Assembly: GCA_036383615.1 (NCBI GenBank)
Contig: DASVNY010000082.1
Span: 1-28,256, forward strand
Source: Chitinophagaceae bacterium
Lineage (GTDB): Bacteria; Bacteroidota; Bacteroidia; Chitinophagales; Chitinophagaceae
Direction: 5' to 3'
Length of the DNA stretch: 28,256 bases
Below are positions 25,290-28,256 of the stretch, in pieces (the stretch's first letter is position 1; the number at the start of each line of letters is the position of its first letter). The notes below the pieces were generated by a model. It was not told where the DNA came from. It made no database searches and saw nothing but the letters and a program-made list of their open reading frames with translations. A program made the translations under genes and the position numbers.

Positions 25290-26102
25290 CTATAGTGCAG
25301 GCAATATCTCCTCCACATGTTTTTCATGCAGCACCTGGTGACCTGAATGAATAATAGTTATTGAACATTGTTCTTCGATCCCTTTTCTGAATTTTTCACC
25401 AACCGAAGAAAGAATGATACGATCATGTTTTCCATAGAGCAGCTTTACCTGTGTGTTATTTTCTTTAATAGATGATCTGATCTTTTTAAGATCAGGTCTA
25501 AGTTTTCGTAAAGCCGTCCATCGGTTATAAAGTTGTTGGCGAACCGTTTTATCACCAATATAATAGTTGACAAATTTGAAGATGCTGGCATTTACAAAAC
25601 CAAGTTTGTTGAGCAACTTTAAAAAACCGAAGAACCAATGCGGTTTCTTCATAGTAAAAGCAAAGAATTTATTTCCCAACCATGATTGAGTAGCCAGCCA
25701 ATACCAGAAATTCACTTTTAAACCATCGGGAGCGAGCAGTATTATTTTTTCTACGGATGCGGGTTGAGATTGATAGAGACTTAGTGCGATGCGGCCGCCG
25801 AGGCTGAAACCAAGATAGGTTAGTTTATTGTTTATGGTTTGTGGTTTATGGGTAAGTATCGCGCCTATTACTTGTTGCAGGTTCTCGTTGGTGAAAGACA
25901 ATCCTTCGTTCCATTCTGTTTTGCCGTGGAAGGGCAGATCGATTGAATAGAAAGTGAATTTATCCCCCGCATATTTTTCGAGAAAACCAAAGGTTGAAGC
26001 CTCTTCACCATATCCATGAAAGCACAGGGCTGTTTGCGGGCCATGGCCAAATTTATAATAGCCGATGACTGAGTTTTTATATGTGATAGAGCAGTATTCC
26101 AT
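25290..26102 (-). CDS. Alpha/beta hydrolase
   Basis: CFHGYGE, IDLPFHGKT, nucleophile elbow GFSLGG, LYGKHD and SGHQVL. Confidence 0.9.
   Translation of the reverse strand: MEYCSITYKNSVIGYYKFGHGPQTALCFHGYGEEASTFGFLEKYAGDKFTFYSIDLPFHGKTEWNEGLSFTNENLQQVIGAILTHKPQTINNKLTYLGFSLGGRIALSLYQSQPASVEKIILLAPDGLKVNFWYWLATQSWLGNKFFAFTMKKPHWFFGFLKLLNKLGFVNASIFKFVNYYIGDKTVRQQLYNRWTALRKLRPDLKKIRSSIKENNTQVKLLYGKHDRIILSSVGEKFRKGIEEQCSITIIHSGHQVLHEKHVEEILPAL
25818..25853 (-). repeat. 7-nt-period array inside the hydrolase coding sequence
   Basis: Minus strand cccataa accacaa accataa acaataa actaacc, encoding HKPQTINNKLT. Confidence 0.65.
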
Positions 26103-26159
26103 GACTACCTGGCGCCTGATTTTTTTGGAAAAATAACTTGGCCATTTCAAAAATAGGAT

Positions 26160-26188
26160 TAATTTTGGATAGTTGCATAAACAACGAT
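26160..26188 (+). promoter_or_regulatory. -7 box and palindromic operator upstream of the second marR
   Basis: TAATTTTG at 26160-26167, then at-a-GTTG-cataaa-CAAC-g-at. Confidence 0.55.
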
Positions 26189-26629
26189 ATGCCAAACAAC
26201 CAATTTAAGAAAGGGGAGTTATACAGCTTTGTAACTGGTAAAGCATCCACCGCTATTGCCAGGAGGTTGCAGAAAAAATTTAATTCAGCCGGGTTGAACC
26301 TGACCATCGAACAATGGAGTGTTTTATATCATTTATGGAAACAGGAAGGTATCAGTCAGCAGGAATTATGCAATGCAACATTCAGGGATAAACCAAGTAT
26401 CACAAGACTGGTTGATAACCTGGAAAAACAAAACCTCGTTAAAAGAGTTGCTTCTGAAACCGACCGGCGTATCAATTTGATCTTTTTGACAAAACAAGCC
26501 CAAAAGTTGCAGGAAGAATCAATGCTGCTCGCCGAAGAAACATTGAACGAAGCATTGGAAACCGTGCCCGCAGATAAAATTGAAGTCTGTAAAGAAGTTT
26601 TGCAGTTGGTGTATGATAATTTGAAATAA
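26189..26629 (+). CDS. MarR family regulator preceding a fatty-acid degradation gene
   Basis: LTIEQWSVLYHLW..EG.SQQEL......DKPSITRLVDNLEK...V.R....DRR. Confidence 0.92.
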   Translation: MPNNQFKKGELYSFVTGKASTAIARRLQKKFNSAGLNLTIEQWSVLYHLWKQEGISQQELCNATFRDKPSITRLVDNLEKQNLVKRVASETDRRINLIFLTKQAQKLQEESMLLAEETLNEALETVPADKIEVCKEVLQLVYDNLK

Positions 26630-26734
26630 GTGAATGGTCAGTGGTGAAAAAAGAAGCTTTCGATATTGAAAAGCATAACTGACTTGATGAATTTTTAAAC
26701 GCATGAAACTCTTAAACCTTTTAAACTCTTTAAT

Positions 26735-28256
26735 ATGAGCACAGCAACAGAAACCAAGACCGTCTTAAAAGGCGGTGAATGGCTGGTGAAGGAATCTTCT
26801 CCATTTGAAACTTTCAGCCCGGAAGATTTTGTTGAAGAACAAACCATGATCAGGGATATGTGTGATCAGTTTCTCGATGCAGAGGTCTATCCTATTCTCG
26901 ACAGGATTGACAATCTTGAACCGGGACTGATGAAATCGCTTGTAACAAAAGCAGGTGAACAGGGTTTATTGTCCGTTTCCTTTCCCGAAGAGTATGGTGG
27001 ATTGGGAAAAGATTTTGTTACCTCTACTATCGTTAATGAATACCTCGGCGCGGGACACTCATTCTCTGTTGCCATTGCGGCACACACCGGTATTGGCACT
27101 CTCCCGATCTTATATTTTGGTACTCCCGAACAAAAACAAAAATATATTCCCAAACTTATCACGGGTGAATGGGCCGGGGCTTATGGATTAACAGAACCCA
27201 ATAGCGGTAGTGATGCATTAGGTGCAAAAACTACAGCCAGGTTGAGTGATGATGGAAAGTATTATATCCTGAATGGTCAGAAATGCTGGATCACCAACGG
27301 AGGTTTTGCACAGGTTTACACTGTGTTTGCAAAAGTTGATGGTGATAAGTTCACAGGTTTTATTGTTGAGAGAGGAACAGAGGGATTTACACAAGGACCA
27401 GAGGAACATAAAATGGGTATCAAAGGTTCTTCTACTGTTCAGTTGTATTTCCAGGATTGCAAAGTGCCTGTAGAAAATGTATTGGGTGAGATCGGTAAAG
27501 GACATAAGATCGCATTCAATATCCTTAACATTGGCCGTTTAAAACTTTGTGCTGCGGCCGTTGGTGGATCAAGAAGAGCGATCACCGATTCTGTTGTGTA
27601 TGCAAAAACAAGAGAGCAGTTCAAACAACCGATTGCCAATTTCGGAGCCATTAAACACAAGCTGGCAGAAATGGCCATACAAATTTTTGTTGCCGAATCG
27701 GCATTATACCGTACAGCAAAATGGATCGATGAAAAAGAGCATGAACTTCTTTCCTCCGGCAAACCATTTAATGAAGCGTTACTTGGTGCAGCTGAAGAAT
27801 ACGCTATTGAGTGTGCTATGCTAAAGGTGTATGGTAGTGAAGCATTGGATTATGTGGTGGATGAAGGTGTGCAAATTCATGGTGGTAATGGTTTCAGTGC
27901 CGAATACAATATTTCAAGAGCTTATCGTGATAGTCGTATCAACAGGATCTATGAAGGAACAAACGAGATCAATCGCCTGCTCACCTTAGATATGACTTTG
28001 AAAAGAGCCATGCAGGGCAGATTGAACCTGATGGGACCGGCGATGGAAGTGTCAAAAGAACTGATGAGCATTCCTGATTTTGGTGGCGATGATGAAGCTC
28101 CGTTTGCAAAAGAGAAAAAACTTATTGCCAATTTGAAGAAAGCTATTCTGCTTACTGCCGGCGCCGCTGTTCAAAAGCTAATGATGAAAATAGAGAACGA
28201 ACAGGAAGTGCTGATGAATATCGCGGATATGGCTATTGAAGTTTTCAATGCGGAAA
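26735..28256 (+). CDS. Acyl-CoA dehydrogenase (long Bacteroidota type), cut at the window end and absent from the ORF track
   Basis: Translated by hand: MSTATETKTVLKGGEWLV..., FPEEYGGLG, AYGLTEPNSGSDA, NGQKCWITNG, EEHKMGIKGSST, LNIGR, QIHGGNGF and RINRIYEGTNEINR. Confidence 0.93.
   Translation, partial: MSTATETKTVLKGGEWLVKESSPFETFSPEDFVEEQTMIRDMCDQFLDAEVYPILDRIDNLEPGLMKSLVTKAGEQGLLSVSFPEEYGGLGKDFVTSTIVNEYLGAGHSFSVAIAAHTGIGTLPILYFGTPEQKQKYIPKLITGEWAGAYGLTEPNSGSDALGAKTTARLSDDGKYYILNGQKCWITNGGFAQVYTVFAKVDGDKFTGFIVERGTEGFTQGPEEHKMGIKGSSTVQLYFQDCKVPVENVLGEIGKGHKIAFNILNIGRLKLCAAAVGGSRRAITDSVVYAKTREQFKQPIANFGAIKHKLAEMAIQIFVAESALYRTAKWIDEKEHELLSSGKPFNEALLGAAEEYAIECAMLKVYGSEALDYVVDEGVQIHGGNGFSAEYNISRAYRDSRINRIYEGTNEINRLLTLDMTLKRAMQGRLNLMGPAMEVSKELMSIPDFGGDDEAPFAKEKKLIANLKKAILLTAGAAVQKLMMKIENEQEVLMNIADMAIEVFNAE

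Overview
A chromosomal window from a Bacteroidota genome, Chitinophagaceae-like judging by gene content and TAnnTTTG promoter boxes. It holds about 27 mostly ordinary genes: envelope enzymes (DacB, GHL10 hydrolase, L,D-transpeptidase, GT2), the pxpBCA-NRAMP operon, MarR/AraC/Lrp regulators, transporters and a truncated acyl-CoA dehydrogenase. An AT-rich AccI-like type II restriction-modification pair sits at 11.3-14.0 kb. The most unusual signals are non-coding or hidden from the ORF track. (1) A 175-nt tRNA-shaped RNA with a Leu-type D-arm, an 8-9 bp acceptor stem, a GUC pseudo-anticodon and a 99-nt variable arm is divergent from an Lrp/AsnC gene, and is followed by a disrupted tandem copy of its own 3' end. 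(2) Inverted 7-nt- and 9-nt-period repeat hairpins occur in many intergenic gaps, flank araC and invade coding sequence. (3) A radical SAM gene has its last 11 codons duplicated with only synonymous changes. (4) A frameshift-split lipoprotein carries a JAB/MPN-like motif. (5) A uORF/hairpin leader precedes a frameshifted MATE gene. All family assignments come from motif recognition and memory; no database search was run.
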